NCBI GenBank assembly: GCA_963663865.1
Contig: OY760686.1
Coordinates: forward strand, 2,016,001-2,080,000
Source: Spirochaetota bacterium
Lineage (GTDB): Bacteria > Spirochaetota > UBA4802 > UBA5550
Length of the DNA: 64,000 bases
Direction of reading: 5' to 3'
A program made the translations under genes and the position numbers. Below, one piece after another: positions 9,835-20,149 of the stretch. The notes under the pieces were generated by a model. That model did no database searches. It had not been told where the DNA came from and saw only the letters and a program-made list of their open reading frames with translations. The number at the start of each line of letters is the position of its first letter. The first letter of the stretch is position 1.

Positions 9835-11508
9835 CTACATGCTCTCAGGCGCCGATACACCAAGCATTGTAAGGCCGTTTTTGAGGACAGTCCTGACCGC
9901 GGCAGCAGCGGCGAAGTTGGAATTGCGGACATCCTCCTCATCGGCAAGAATCCTGTGTTCAGTATAAAAGCGGTGAAACGCCTGCGCCAGCTTCATTAGA
10001 AAGGCCGGAAGCCGGTGCGGTTCCATTGCTGCTGCAGCGTCAATTATTTCTTCAGGATATTTGACAAGAAGCTTCATCAGGGCGGCCGCCTCGGGATTGT
10101 CGAGTACTGTATTGGATATATTTCCAGTATCGTACTCTACGCCCCTCTTTTCCGCCTCCCTGAAAATTGAGCAGATTCTCGCGTGAGCGTATTGCAGATA
10201 GAATACCGGATTTTCACTGCTCTGTTTCTTCGCCAGAGAGAGATCAAAGTCAAGGTGACTGTCCATTGACCTCATAACGAAAAAGTAACGGGCGGCATCG
10301 ACGCCGATTTCTTCGATTAGCTCTCTCATTGTGGAAAATCTTCCGAGGCGTTTTGACATCTTTACCGCCTCTCCATCCATTACGAGATTTACCTGCTGAG
10401 CAATCAGGACTTTGAAGCCGTCTTCGCGGCAGCCCATAGCAGCCATGGCTCCGGAGAGCCTTGCGATGTAGCCGTGATGGTCAGGCCCCCATATATCAAT
10501 AATGGTGTCGTAACCTCTTCCAAGCTTGTCTCTGTGATAGGCAATATCTGCCAGCAGATAGGTCGGCCTTCCGTCATCGCGCACTACAACACGGTCCTTG
10601 TCGTCTCCATAGTCTGTTGATTTAAAAAGCTTCTTGCCTTCCTCATCGAAAATGTGCCCTCGTCCGTCAAGCAGAGTGTAGGTATCCATAACGGCTCCGC
10701 TGTCGTGAAGAGTGTGCTCCATGAACCACCTCGAGAATTCAACATGAAAATCAGTAAGGTCCTTCTTTTGACCCGCCACATTGTATTTGACCGCGTAATC
10801 GGCGCAGAACCTGATTCTCTGTTCTTCACCGCTAATCTGCTCGAACTGGTCCCATACAAGTTCAATAAGGTTTGCTGCAATGTCCTTAACGTAATCTCCG
10901 TGATAACCGTCCTCGGGGAAGTCCACTTTCTCTCCGCGCTGCTCCATAACTCTCGCAAGAACCGACCTTCCGAGAAGTGTGACCTGATTTCCGAAGTCAT
11001 TCACGTAGAATTCACGGTCAACGCTGTGCCCGGCAGCTTCAAGAAGATTCGCGAGAGTATCGCCAATCGCGGCAGCTCTCGCGGATACGACATTCATCGG
11101 CCCTGTAGGATTTGCTGATACGAACTCAATATTGTATTTTTGTGTATTTGCGGATTTTGATCTGCCATAATCAGTTGCTTCTTTTATTACAGTTTTGAGC
11201 GTCTCGCACATAAATGCGTTTGAAATGAATATGTTAATAAATCCCGGTTTTACCACCTCAACAGACTCGACAATACCGATTTTTTCTATATAGGGCTTAA
11301 TTATTCCAGCTATCTCAACCGGGGCTTTTTTAACGGCCTTTGCCGATTCCAGGGCAACCGGAGTCGAATAATCTCCAAATCTGGCTTCTCTCGGATATTC
11401 TATCTTCACCTCTGGGTATTCCGCCTCCGGAAGCAGCCCTGCCCTGACGGCCTCTTCAATGGATCCGGCTATTGCTCCGGCAAGCATTTCTTTAACGGTT
11501 ACAGTCAA
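9835..11508 (-). CDS. argS: Arginine--tRNA ligase
   Basis: FGDYS, PGFIN, EFVSANPTGP, KMSKR, YLQYAHARICSI, C-terminal GVSAPESM; likely TTG start at 11508 behind AAGGAG. Confidence 0.95.
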   Translation of the reverse strand: MTVTVKEMLAGAIAGSIEEAVRAGLLPEAEYPEVKIEYPREARFGDYSTPVALESAKAVKKAPVEIAGIIKPYIEKIGIVESVEVVKPGFINIFISNAFMCETLKTVIKEATDYGRSKSANTQKYNIEFVSANPTGPMNVVSARAAAIGDTLANLLEAAGHSVDREFYVNDFGNQVTLLGRSVLARVMEQRGEKVDFPEDGYHGDYVKDIAANLIELVWDQFEQISGEEQRIRFCADYAVKYNVAGQKKDLTDFHVEFSRWFMEHTLHDSGAVMDTYTLLDGRGHIFDEEGKKLFKSTDYGDDKDRVVVRDDGRPTYLLADIAYHRDKLGRGYDTIIDIWGPDHHGYIARLSGAMAAMGCREDGFKVLIAQQVNLVMDGEAVKMSKRLGRFSTMRELIEEIGVDAARYFFVMRSMDSHLDFDLSLAKKQSSENPVFYLQYAHARICSIFREAEKRGVEYDTGNISNTVLDNPEAAALMKLLVKYPEEIIDAAAAMEPHRLPAFLMKLAQAFHRFYTEHRILADEEDVRNSNFAAAAAVRTVLKNGLTMLGVSAPESM

Positions 11509-11690
11509 TTTATTACTCCTTAAAACATCATTAAATCTCATGGCTTTCATCATAAAAACTGAACCGGGTCGGGTATTTGTCAACAATATATTCTGAAAGC
11601 AGCGTTAAGGCGTCATTGAAATAAAAAATGATGGACTTGTTTTATACGGAGCTGTTAGAATATTCTGAAATAATTATCTGTGAGGCTGCC

Positions 11691-13691
11691 ATGAACTTCT
11701 TCAGGTTCGACAGAAACAGAGTTGTAGGGATGATTCTTACTCTATCTGTTTTTCTTATTATCTATATCCTTTACTCAGGCACTACCCTGTTTGACATTGT
11801 TGAGCGGGGCGCCCTGGACTTCAGGTTCTTCCTGAGAGATCCCGGCGAAAAATCGGTGAAGGTTGATGAAGGCATCAGAAGAACACGAGTCAACCCCAGA
11901 GTCAGGGAAGACATCATCATTCTCGGAATCGACGAAGATACCATTCGTGACTTTTCAGATAACGGGATACAATGGCCTTTCCCATGGGATATCCACACGA
12001 AGTTCATTAACTTCGTCAACTCGGGTAACCCCTCGGCCATATTCTTCGACATAACATTTCTCGATCATAAAAAAGGCGAAAGGGAACTCGCAAAGGCCAT
12101 ATCAGATTCCGGAAAGGTTTTTATTGACTATCCTTTTGAAAACATTGAAGCTGATACAAAATATCAGGATATTGACCAGAGGATAGAGCTTCTGAAACGT
12201 GTCCGCTTTAAGGCCTCTCAGGACGCGGACTATCCCGATATGGTTGAAGAGGCAGTGCCTCCTACACCGGAACTGATGAAAGCCGCCAGGGGTGTCGGCT
12301 TCGCGAATGTTTTTCCTGACCCCTTTGATAACATAAACAGGCAGATGCCGCTCGTAATGAAATTCAAAGGGCATTATTATCCGAATGTCGACCTGCTGAT
12401 AGCCATGCACCACTTCGAAGTTGAGATTGAAGACGTAGAGGTAGTACCAGGCAAGCATATACTGCTGAAAAACGCCAATCCCGAACGAATCGTTCGCCCT
12501 GATGGAACAAACACAGTAACGATTCCGATAGACAAACGCGGCTTTATGGATATCAACTATGTCGGCGGAGCAGGTAGCTTTCGCAGCTATCCTTACGGCT
12601 ACTATGTTAACGACGGAACAATGCAAGGCAACACCTCTCTCGAAAACAGAATTGTTCTTGTAGCGGCTTACTCTGTTACAGGCATAGCAACTGACCTGCA
12701 CAAATCCCCTTACGGAACAACATTCGGAATTGAGCATCATGCAAATGCTCTTAATACGATTTTGAATCAGGATTTCCTGCGCAAACTCAGCGACAGAAGC
12801 AATATACTCATCATGTTTTTCATAGCCCTTATTCTCGGATTTCTGCTTACCAGAATTACCATTATTAAGGGAACTCTCTTCAGTTTCTTCCTTATTCTAT
12901 CATATCTTGGCGTTTCCTTCTATCTTTTTGATTCAAAAAGCGTAGTGATAGCGATGTTTACTCCGCCAGTACAGATGGTTTTTTCATTCATCTTCATTAT
13001 CACATACAGAGTTTTGACGGAACAGAAAGAAAAGAGGTATATACGTCAGACTTTCTCAAAATTTGTCTCTAAATCTGTCGTTGACGAGCTTTTGAAATAT
13101 CCGGAAAAGCTCAAACTCGGTGGAGAGAAAAAAATACTTACAGTCCTATTTTCAGACATAAGGGGATTTACCACTCTTTCAGAAAAGCTCACGCCGGAAG
13201 AACTGGTCGAACACCTCAATCAGTATCTGCAGGCGATGACAGATCTTGTATTCAAATATAACGGGACACTCGACAAATATGTGGGCGATGAGATTATGGC
13301 TTTCTGGGGAGCTCCCGTCGAACTTGAAAATCATGCACTTGAAGCCTGCAAATCAGCCCTTGAACAGATTGAGGTTCTTAAAATGATGAACGAAAGCTGG
13401 AAATCAATGGGAAAGCCGGGTCTGGAGATTGGAATTGGAATCAACAGCGGGGATATGGTTGTGGGAAACATGGGCTCATCTTCAAGAATGGATTATACGT
13501 TGATGGGAGACAATGTAAATCTGGGCGCGAGGCTTGAGGGGACAAACAAGATTTACGGCACCAGTATAATAATAAGCGAGGCAACATACCTGCTGGTGAA
13601 AGACCATGTTGTCGTCAGAGAGTTAGACCTTATAAGGGTAAAGGGTAAAGAGCATCCGGTAGTAATTTACGAGCTCATTGAATTAAAATAA
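11691..13691 (+). CDS. Membrane-bound CHASE2-domain class III adenylate cyclase
   Basis: N-terminal TM, CHASE2-like region (IDE.T...WPF.W; GIEHHANA), further TMs, cyclase motifs FSDIRGFT, DKYVGD, DYT..GD.VN..ARLE; K/D specificity residues favour ATP; likely start 11691 behind GAGG. Confidence 0.9.
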   Translation: MNFFRFDRNRVVGMILTLSVFLIIYILYSGTTLFDIVERGALDFRFFLRDPGEKSVKVDEGIRRTRVNPRVREDIIILGIDEDTIRDFSDNGIQWPFPWDIHTKFINFVNSGNPSAIFFDITFLDHKKGERELAKAISDSGKVFIDYPFENIEADTKYQDIDQRIELLKRVRFKASQDADYPDMVEEAVPPTPELMKAARGVGFANVFPDPFDNINRQMPLVMKFKGHYYPNVDLLIAMHHFEVEIEDVEVVPGKHILLKNANPERIVRPDGTNTVTIPIDKRGFMDINYVGGAGSFRSYPYGYYVNDGTMQGNTSLENRIVLVAAYSVTGIATDLHKSPYGTTFGIEHHANALNTILNQDFLRKLSDRSNILIMFFIALILGFLLTRITIIKGTLFSFFLILSYLGVSFYLFDSKSVVIAMFTPPVQMVFSFIFIITYRVLTEQKEKRYIRQTFSKFVSKSVVDELLKYPEKLKLGGEKKILTVLFSDIRGFTTLSEKLTPEELVEHLNQYLQAMTDLVFKYNGTLDKYVGDEIMAFWGAPVELENHALEACKSALEQIEVLKMMNESWKSMGKPGLEIGIGINSGDMVVGNMGSSSRMDYTLMGDNVNLGARLEGTNKIYGTSIIISEATYLLVKDHVVVRELDLIRVKGKEHPVVIYELIELK

Positions 13692-16016
13692 AGCGTACTC
13701 TTTATCACTCTTCCCGTTCTTCCTGGAGATAACCGGTTTCAGGAAGCTGCCTTTAACAAGAACGGGAAGAGTCCACAATTTTCCGGCTTCATCGCGTGCT
13801 GCGATATTTATCTGGGAGTTGAGCCCTGAATGGTAAGTGTACCTTCCGTATCCGCTTACGTCTACATCACCCGAAATGGACGGCCCGTTTACAGACACAG
13901 TATCGCCCATCTGCTTCAGGCTTAAAGAAAGATGTCTGCAGGCAGTGTTTTTGAAAATACCCACCGGGAATTCTTCGTCTTCAGCGAGCTGCTGAAAAGC
14001 AAGCTGTACCGGAGTGGCAGAAAAGCTTCCATCCCTGACATTTAGATTGATTGATGCGGTAGTATTTTCAACAAACTGAGCCAGACGATACGCGTTTAGA
14101 GAAAAATCAAAATCCAAATCCATTGTTCCGTTCAGCGAGTATCCCGTTGCAGCCTGCCGGGAAAACTCTCCAATATCCATCCCCTTCACACCGCCCCTGA
14201 CTGACCACGACGGATAATTTGAGTTCGCATAAGCGCTTGCTTCAAGGTAATATTCACCGTTAAAGCCAGAGGCCGAAAATTCCCTGAGACTGAAAACGCC
14301 TTTTTCAAGCCTGAGCTCAGCGCTTATGCCGCTCAGAGATGCGCCGCCGGCAACATTCATCCTCTTTAAGTCAACATTAGCACTTATGTCATTATATATA
14401 AAATAATTCGATACCGTTTTTTTTAGAAAAGGCGTATCGTCATAACCCCTGTCCCTGTAATAATGCGATAGTTTAAACATCCTATCATAGGATGCCGCGG
14501 TTGCGCCAGCAATAAAAGGCAGACTAATATTGTCCCCCTTAACCTCAACAGAAGTAACTGATTTAAGCGGTTTTAATGAATTGATTTTAGATTCAAGCAG
14601 TATTGTCAGATCGGCTTTATCCGAATGGATTTCGGCGCTGGCCATCAAAATATCATCAGCTGACCTCAGCGAAAAATTAGATGATCTGAGCAGTTCGCGT
14701 TTCTTTCCATTTGTATACTCAACTGCCTTTACTTTTTTTGCATCTGCTCTAAAATTGGATTTTATAATTTTCCCCTCAGCTAAATCGCATTCAAAGCCGC
14801 CGGAAAACTCCATGCCGCCGGAAAAAGTAATGTTCGGGAACGGCGTAAAGACCTGTGAAATCTCAGAAAGATCAATGCCTTTCGCTGATTCGACCTTAAC
14901 GGCAAGAGCTGCCACATCGGGAAAGCCGCCTACTTTTGCTGAAAAGCTTAAACTGTTCACATCGTCGTATGCCTTAAGTTTATGAATAACGATTACTTTT
15001 TTTTCTGAATCTATTTCCAGGTTGATTTCAGTGTTAATATTTGCGTTAGATATCATCCTGTGATGCGGGTCATCTTCGGAAAAGATATTCCAGTTTCCCG
15101 TCCTCAGTCCCCCGTCAATTTTATATTTACCCTGTTTTCCACTGGCTGAAATATCAGCGTTGAGGCCCCCGGTCAGCTTGATTCCTCTTCCGCTCTTTTC
15201 CCTGAAATACTCGTTGGCGTATGACACATCTACACTCTGACAGGAAAATTCAACGGAGGAGGCCACCCCATCTTTCCTGAATTGAAAACTACCTCTTGAG
15301 GAAAAGTATCCATCGGTAATTTCGGAGGTTTCGCAGGGTGCCGTTTTCCCTGCGACGCTGTACTCAATTTTTGATTTCCTATATTCAAAATCACCATTTA
15401 TATCGTGTATTTTAATCTCTCGCCTGCTGTCACGGAAGAATTCCGTATATAAAAGCCTGGTCTCCTCAAATCGAACGTAAAAACCTTTTTCAAGCTGTTT
15501 TTTCACAATCTCAATGTTCCGCCCGAGCGAAAAGAGCCGGCCTAATGCTTCGACATGGTTTTTGCCGTATGGCTTAACGAGATTAACCTCAGCGTTGCTG
15601 AAAACGACCCCTTTCAGTCTTATTCTGTTCCGAATGAGAGATAAAAGAGACAGTTCGAATTCAGCCTTTTCGGCATATACAAACTTGATGTTATCATTAA
15701 AGTCGCTTGAATTTGAAATTGATAGATTGACAGCAACTATATTCATGGAGGAATCAACGCTTAATTTGTCAAAGCTGACGGCCCTACCCAGATTATCGCG
15801 AATAATTCCGCTTACTGCACTTTCAATTCTTTCACTGCCAATGAAAAAAGTGACTGCCCGTCCTGCAAAGATGTAATACAGGAGAAAAATGCCTAAAATA
15901 GACGCAATAATACCAATCAGAAATCCGGTTAGCCTATCGGGTCTTAATTTAATACCTGTCATATTAACCATATTCAGAAATTTGAGGATACCTGTTAAAG
16001 CGGAATGATGAAACAA
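13683..16016 (-). CDS. AsmA-like membrane-anchored beta-rich protein
   Basis: Single N-terminal TM, LGRAV.F..L and LLSLI...I.L..V AsmA-type patterns, repetitive beta strands, C-terminal LPV.VKGS..KP; true start may be downstream. Confidence 0.6.
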   Translation of the reverse strand: MFHHSALTGILKFLNMVNMTGIKLRPDRLTGFLIGIIASILGIFLLYYIFAGRAVTFFIGSERIESAVSGIIRDNLGRAVSFDKLSVDSSMNIVAVNLSISNSSDFNDNIKFVYAEKAEFELSLLSLIRNRIRLKGVVFSNAEVNLVKPYGKNHVEALGRLFSLGRNIEIVKKQLEKGFYVRFEETRLLYTEFFRDSRREIKIHDINGDFEYRKSKIEYSVAGKTAPCETSEITDGYFSSRGSFQFRKDGVASSVEFSCQSVDVSYANEYFREKSGRGIKLTGGLNADISASGKQGKYKIDGGLRTGNWNIFSEDDPHHRMISNANINTEINLEIDSEKKVIVIHKLKAYDDVNSLSFSAKVGGFPDVAALAVKVESAKGIDLSEISQVFTPFPNITFSGGMEFSGGFECDLAEGKIIKSNFRADAKKVKAVEYTNGKKRELLRSSNFSLRSADDILMASAEIHSDKADLTILLESKINSLKPLKSVTSVEVKGDNISLPFIAGATAASYDRMFKLSHYYRDRGYDDTPFLKKTVSNYFIYNDISANVDLKRMNVAGGASLSGISAELRLEKGVFSLREFSASGFNGEYYLEASAYANSNYPSWSVRGGVKGMDIGEFSRQAATGYSLNGTMDLDFDFSLNAYRLAQFVENTTASINLNVRDGSFSATPVQLAFQQLAEDEEFPVGIFKNTACRHLSLSLKQMGDTVSVNGPSISGDVDVSGYGRYTYHSGLNSQINIAARDEAGKLWTLPVLVKGSFLKPVISRKNGKSDKEYALF

Positions 16017-16301
16017 ACCGCGCTATCAGGAATTAAATAAAATCAATATCAACAGATTTAACTGGACTTAACAGGTCGTCAAGAATATTTAATCAATTGT
16101 TTATCTTTAAAAAAACACCATCAGCTTACGATTAATCTTGACATGATAACCTTCAGAACAAAGCTAACGAATATAGAGTGGCTGCAGTCATCACAGGCGA
16201 CGCGGTGCATATTCCGATTGCGCTAATAAAATGCTGGATTTTTAATATTTTTATGTTACAAAACTGGTTCTGGAAACTCTAACTTAATCTGAGAGAACAT
16301 T

Positions 16302-16628
16302 ATGGGAAACAGGCTTTACGTTCAGAAACTTCTGGAAATGTCCGAGCAGTATCAGCCGGATTTATCCAGAAATCTAAACAGAGAACTTGAGTATACCCCT
16401 TTCGAGGGAATACCCCAGAAACACCCTCATGATTCAGGTCTACTAATCCTTATTGACGACAGCAAAAGGGACGCGAAACACTTTTATCAGCTTCAACTTG
16501 AATCCATAGGAAAAATTGAAGATCTTGGAAGCATTTCCAATTCGAAGGGTGAAAATCTTGTAAGAATTAGAGTCTGGGTTAAAAAAGGTACTACCGCCAT
16601 ACGCTCAGAGACGTTTACCGTAAGTTGA
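16302..16628 (+). CDS. Conserved hypothetical small protein
   Basis: 108-aa ORF with F.G.P.KHP.D and R.WVKKG motifs that I recall from an uncharacterised family of anaerobes. Confidence 0.65.
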   Translation: MGNRLYVQKLLEMSEQYQPDLSRNLNRELEYTPFEGIPQKHPHDSGLLILIDDSKRDAKHFYQLQLESIGKIEDLGSISNSKGENLVRIRVWVKKGTTAIRSETFTVS

Positions 16629-16682
16629 TATTTCCATAAACATTAAACATTTTGCTGCGAAATTAAATTCTGGATTAAAATA

Positions 16683-17372
16683 ATGGATTCTCTTATAACA
16701 ACCCTGTACAGCTCTGCGGATTATCTTCACCTGATCGCCTTTTCGCTCCTCTTTCTGGCAGGTTTTAATCTGCCAATTTCTGAAGATATAGTCATGATTG
16801 TTTCCGGCTCAATAGTGGCAACAGTAATCCCTGAAAGGTTGTTTATCGTTTTCGCCAGCTGCTACCTTGGAGCTCTCTCCAGCGATATTGTATCCTACAT
16901 GCTGGGGCGCTATCCGATATCAGCTGTAATCGGCAGCCATACGATTCAAAAGCATCCGATTTTAGGAAGACTCATATCGCTGAAAAGAATTGATAAAGTG
17001 GCAATGTTCTTCAAAAGATACGGCGGCAAGACCCTTTTCTTTGGAAGATTTATCCCCTTTGGCGTCAGAAATGTTCTGTTTATGACTTCAGGGATAATCA
17101 AGCTCAGATTTCTGAAGTTCCTGCTAATAGATGCAGCTGCTCTGGTTATCTCATCCTCTGTTATGTTTTCATTAGGACATGCTTTCGGGGAAAACTATCA
17201 GGAGCTTTTCCCCTATATCGATAAATATAAATTCTACTTTCTGGCCGCACTTATTATAGCTTTGACATCAATAACAGTCCATCATTTCAAAAAAAAACGC
17301 AATCAATGTCAGCTGCATGGAATTGCCGGCAAAACGATAGTGCCTGAACCAGGCTCTGGTTCAGGCGAATAA
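16683..17372 (+). CDS. DedA/SNARE-associated family membrane protein
   Basis: LPISED motif, YMLGR, F.RYG...LFFGRFIP.GVR. Confidence 0.9.
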   Translation: MDSLITTLYSSADYLHLIAFSLLFLAGFNLPISEDIVMIVSGSIVATVIPERLFIVFASCYLGALSSDIVSYMLGRYPISAVIGSHTIQKHPILGRLISLKRIDKVAMFFKRYGGKTLFFGRFIPFGVRNVLFMTSGIIKLRFLKFLLIDAAALVISSSVMFSLGHAFGENYQELFPYIDKYKFYFLAALIIALTSITVHHFKKKRNQCQLHGIAGKTIVPEPGSGSGE

Positions 17373-17439
17373 ATAATTTACTTGACTGCTGAAATGACGG
17401 TTATTAAGAAATCTTTTTATGTTATTTTAAATTGTGCTT

Positions 17440-17467
17440 TTGAACATAATAATCCCCCGGGTATAAT
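17440..17467 (+). promoter_or_regulatory. Candidate sigma70 promoter of the T2SS operon
   Basis: TTGAAC-N16-TATAAT just upstream of gspC. Confidence 0.4.
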
Positions 17468-17486
17468 AACGGAGTAATTCCTCTCA

Positions 17487-18350
17487 ATGCAAAAAATGAA
17501 GTATCAACTGATTAATATATCATCTGTATTGATATTTTCGTTCATAGCCGCTACAACTATAAACCAGATCATAGCCTTCAACCTTACCCCGGGCTATGCG
17601 GCCCTGTCGAAAACCCGTCCTCAACGCCGCCCTCCGTCGCAGGTTGAAAGGCCGGCTGAGATGGTAAGCAGTATTCTTGACTCCGGTTTTTTTATGGTGG
17701 GTGAGCCTATTGCTGTAGAGGAAAACAATGAACCCGCGGTTTCTGCTGAGGCATCACAGCTCACGCTGATGGGAACAATCACCGGTCCGGCTTCCATAGC
17801 CCGCGCCTTAATAAAAAAGAACGGTGAAAAAGAGCCCTCTGTTTTCGCTGTCAGGTGGATCAGTTCAGAGATTAACAATAATGTTTACGGTTATAAGCTC
17901 ATCTGGATCGGAGACACAAAGGTGACTCTTGACAATAACGGGGCCCGTTTTGTTCTCGACATGAACGCGAAGGAGGAACCGCCAGCTGCAAGAAGAGGTT
18001 CTTCAACTCCTACCGGAGCCTCATCCGTGAACAAGAGCATCAGCCGGGCGGAGATACGCCAGAAGGTCATGAACAATGTTGATGAGGCCATGAAAGGGCT
18101 CGTGGCAGGTCCCTACAGGAAAAACAATAAAATCGAAGGCTATATTCTCAGAAAAGTATCGCCAGACAACATTCTGTACACACTCGGCGCGAGAAGCGGC
18201 GACGTGGTCAAAAGGATTAACGGAAAAGAACTGAACAGCACCGCAAAGCTGTATCAAATGTGGCAGGCTCTGCCTAACGAATCCAAGATAACTGTGGATC
18301 TTGAAAGACGCGGCAAGCTGATAACCTACGATCTCAATATAACCGAGTAA
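17487..18350 (+). CDS. gspC: Type II secretion protein C with PDZ domain
   Basis: N-terminal TM, LTLMGTITG..ARALI HR domain, C-terminal PDZ (LGARSGDVVKRING); first gene of the operon. Confidence 0.85.
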   Translation: MQKMKYQLINISSVLIFSFIAATTINQIIAFNLTPGYAALSKTRPQRRPPSQVERPAEMVSSILDSGFFMVGEPIAVEENNEPAVSAEASQLTLMGTITGPASIARALIKKNGEKEPSVFAVRWISSEINNNVYGYKLIWIGDTKVTLDNNGARFVLDMNAKEEPPAARRGSSTPTGASSVNKSISRAEIRQKVMNNVDEAMKGLVAGPYRKNNKIEGYILRKVSPDNILYTLGARSGDVVKRINGKELNSTAKLYQMWQALPNESKITVDLERRGKLITYDLNITE

Positions 18351-18377
18351 ACACTCAACAGCATTAAGGATAATAAC

Positions 18378-20144
18378 ATGACTAAAAAGACCAGACGTTC
18401 TATTATTTCAATAACAGTAATATTTCTTTTTTCAACGTTATTGGCCTTTAATTTCAACTCCACCTCAGCGTGGGGGCAGGCTAAAAAAGAGAAGGAGAAG
18501 ATGTTCGCCCTCAACTTCAAAGACGTTGAAATAAGCGAATTCCTTACTACTATGAGTCAGCTCATAGGAAAAAACATTATCATCGATGACAAGATAAAAG
18601 GGAAAATAACGATTGTTTCAGCAAAAAAAATCCCTGTTTCACAGGCCTATGAGGTCATGAAGTCAATTCTCGATGTCAAAAATCTCGCTGTAGTTGAAAC
18701 CAATAATCTCATCAAAATACTGCCGATTAGAGAGGCAACACAGAAAAATGTTCAGGTCATCGTTGACGGAAAGGCAAAGGATATCCCGTCGGTAACTGAC
18801 GCAACAATAACATACATGCACGAATTAAAACATGCCAGCGCCTCTGAAATACTGTCAGCTTTAAAATCTCTGAAGTCATCATCCACCGATATAATAGTTT
18901 ATGACCCTCTCAACACACTGATCTTTAGCGGAGTAGCATCTGAAATACACGGCCTGGTTAAGATAGCAACCAGCCTTGATAAGGTAATCAAAGAAGAAGA
19001 AGACAGCACCGGCATCACCCCGAGAGGTTTCATCCACGTTATCAATCTTGAGAATGCCGACGCAGTTCAGCTCGCGGAAGTTCTCTCAAGGGTTCCCTTC
19101 TCCGAAACCGCTAAAATAGAAACTGCTCCCATGAGCTCCGCGGCCGCACCGAAGGTTAATCCTTCAAGGAAAGCAAGCCGTGTGACACAGACACAGGCAG
19201 CATCAGGAGCAAAGGCCTCAAAACTTTCGATTATCGCTAATAAAGACACCAACTCGCTGATTATTACCGCTTCCCCGGATGAGTTCAAGGAAATACGCAG
19301 AGTTATCAGCCAGCTTGACACTGTCAGGGAACAAGTTCTTATTGAGGCGCTGATTGTCGAGGTTTCAGCAGAAAACAGCTGGTCTTTCGGTATAAACTGG
19401 ATGCTCGGCGGTCAATCCGGCACCAACATGTACGGCGGTTCTTCAATAAACAGCGCCATTGATGCTTCGAGCTTCGGCTCCACAATAAATGGAAAGACTG
19501 TAGCGATGCCGCTTGCCTCCGGTTTCCAGCTCGGCTACATGCCGGATACATCCGTTTTGAGTTTTATTCTCGTCAACGCATCAGCGTCGGACCAGAACTA
19601 CAATGTGCTTTCAACCCCGCAGATCCTGACAATTGACAACTCTGAAGCTGAGCTGAACGTGGGTGAAGAGATAGCATACGCATCAAACAGCAGAATAAGC
19701 GACAGCGGTACTACTTTTTACACATACGAATATAAATCTGTCGGTATAAAACTCAAAATAACACCGCATATCACAAACAAGACAAAGATTACCCTTGACC
19801 TCTATCAGGAGATCAATTCCATCATTGGAACAACAAGCGAGTCATCCACATCACCGCCGAATCTGGGGAAACGCGACCTCAAAACCAAAGTTTCGGTTGA
19901 AGATGGAAAAACAATCGTTGTGGGCGGACTTATTCAAAACAAGAAGGTAACCTCTGAGGCAAAAGTGCCGGTCCTCGGCGACATTCCGCTCCTCGGATGG
20001 CTCTTCAAACAGAAGACAACAGAGTACCAGAAGTCGAACCTGCTGGTATTCATAACGCCTCATATAGTAACTCAGCCGGACAAGCTTGACGCGCTCACGA
20101 GACAGAAGCAGGAGTCTCAGAGACGTCTGGATTCAGCGAGATAA
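18378..20144 (+). CDS. gspD: Type II secretion secretin D
   Basis: LNFKD.EI N0 domain, QVLIEALIVEV, LSTPQILTIDN, KVPVLGDIPLLGWLF, LLVFITP. Confidence 0.95.
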   Translation: MTKKTRRSIISITVIFLFSTLLAFNFNSTSAWGQAKKEKEKMFALNFKDVEISEFLTTMSQLIGKNIIIDDKIKGKITIVSAKKIPVSQAYEVMKSILDVKNLAVVETNNLIKILPIREATQKNVQVIVDGKAKDIPSVTDATITYMHELKHASASEILSALKSLKSSSTDIIVYDPLNTLIFSGVASEIHGLVKIATSLDKVIKEEEDSTGITPRGFIHVINLENADAVQLAEVLSRVPFSETAKIETAPMSSAAAPKVNPSRKASRVTQTQAASGAKASKLSIIANKDTNSLIITASPDEFKEIRRVISQLDTVREQVLIEALIVEVSAENSWSFGINWMLGGQSGTNMYGGSSINSAIDASSFGSTINGKTVAMPLASGFQLGYMPDTSVLSFILVNASASDQNYNVLSTPQILTIDNSEAELNVGEEIAYASNSRISDSGTTFYTYEYKSVGIKLKITPHITNKTKITLDLYQEINSIIGTTSESSTSPPNLGKRDLKTKVSVEDGKTIVVGGLIQNKKVTSEAKVPVLGDIPLLGWLFKQKTTEYQKSNLLVFITPHIVTQPDKLDALTRQKQESQRRLDSAR

Positions 20145-20149
20145 GAGAT

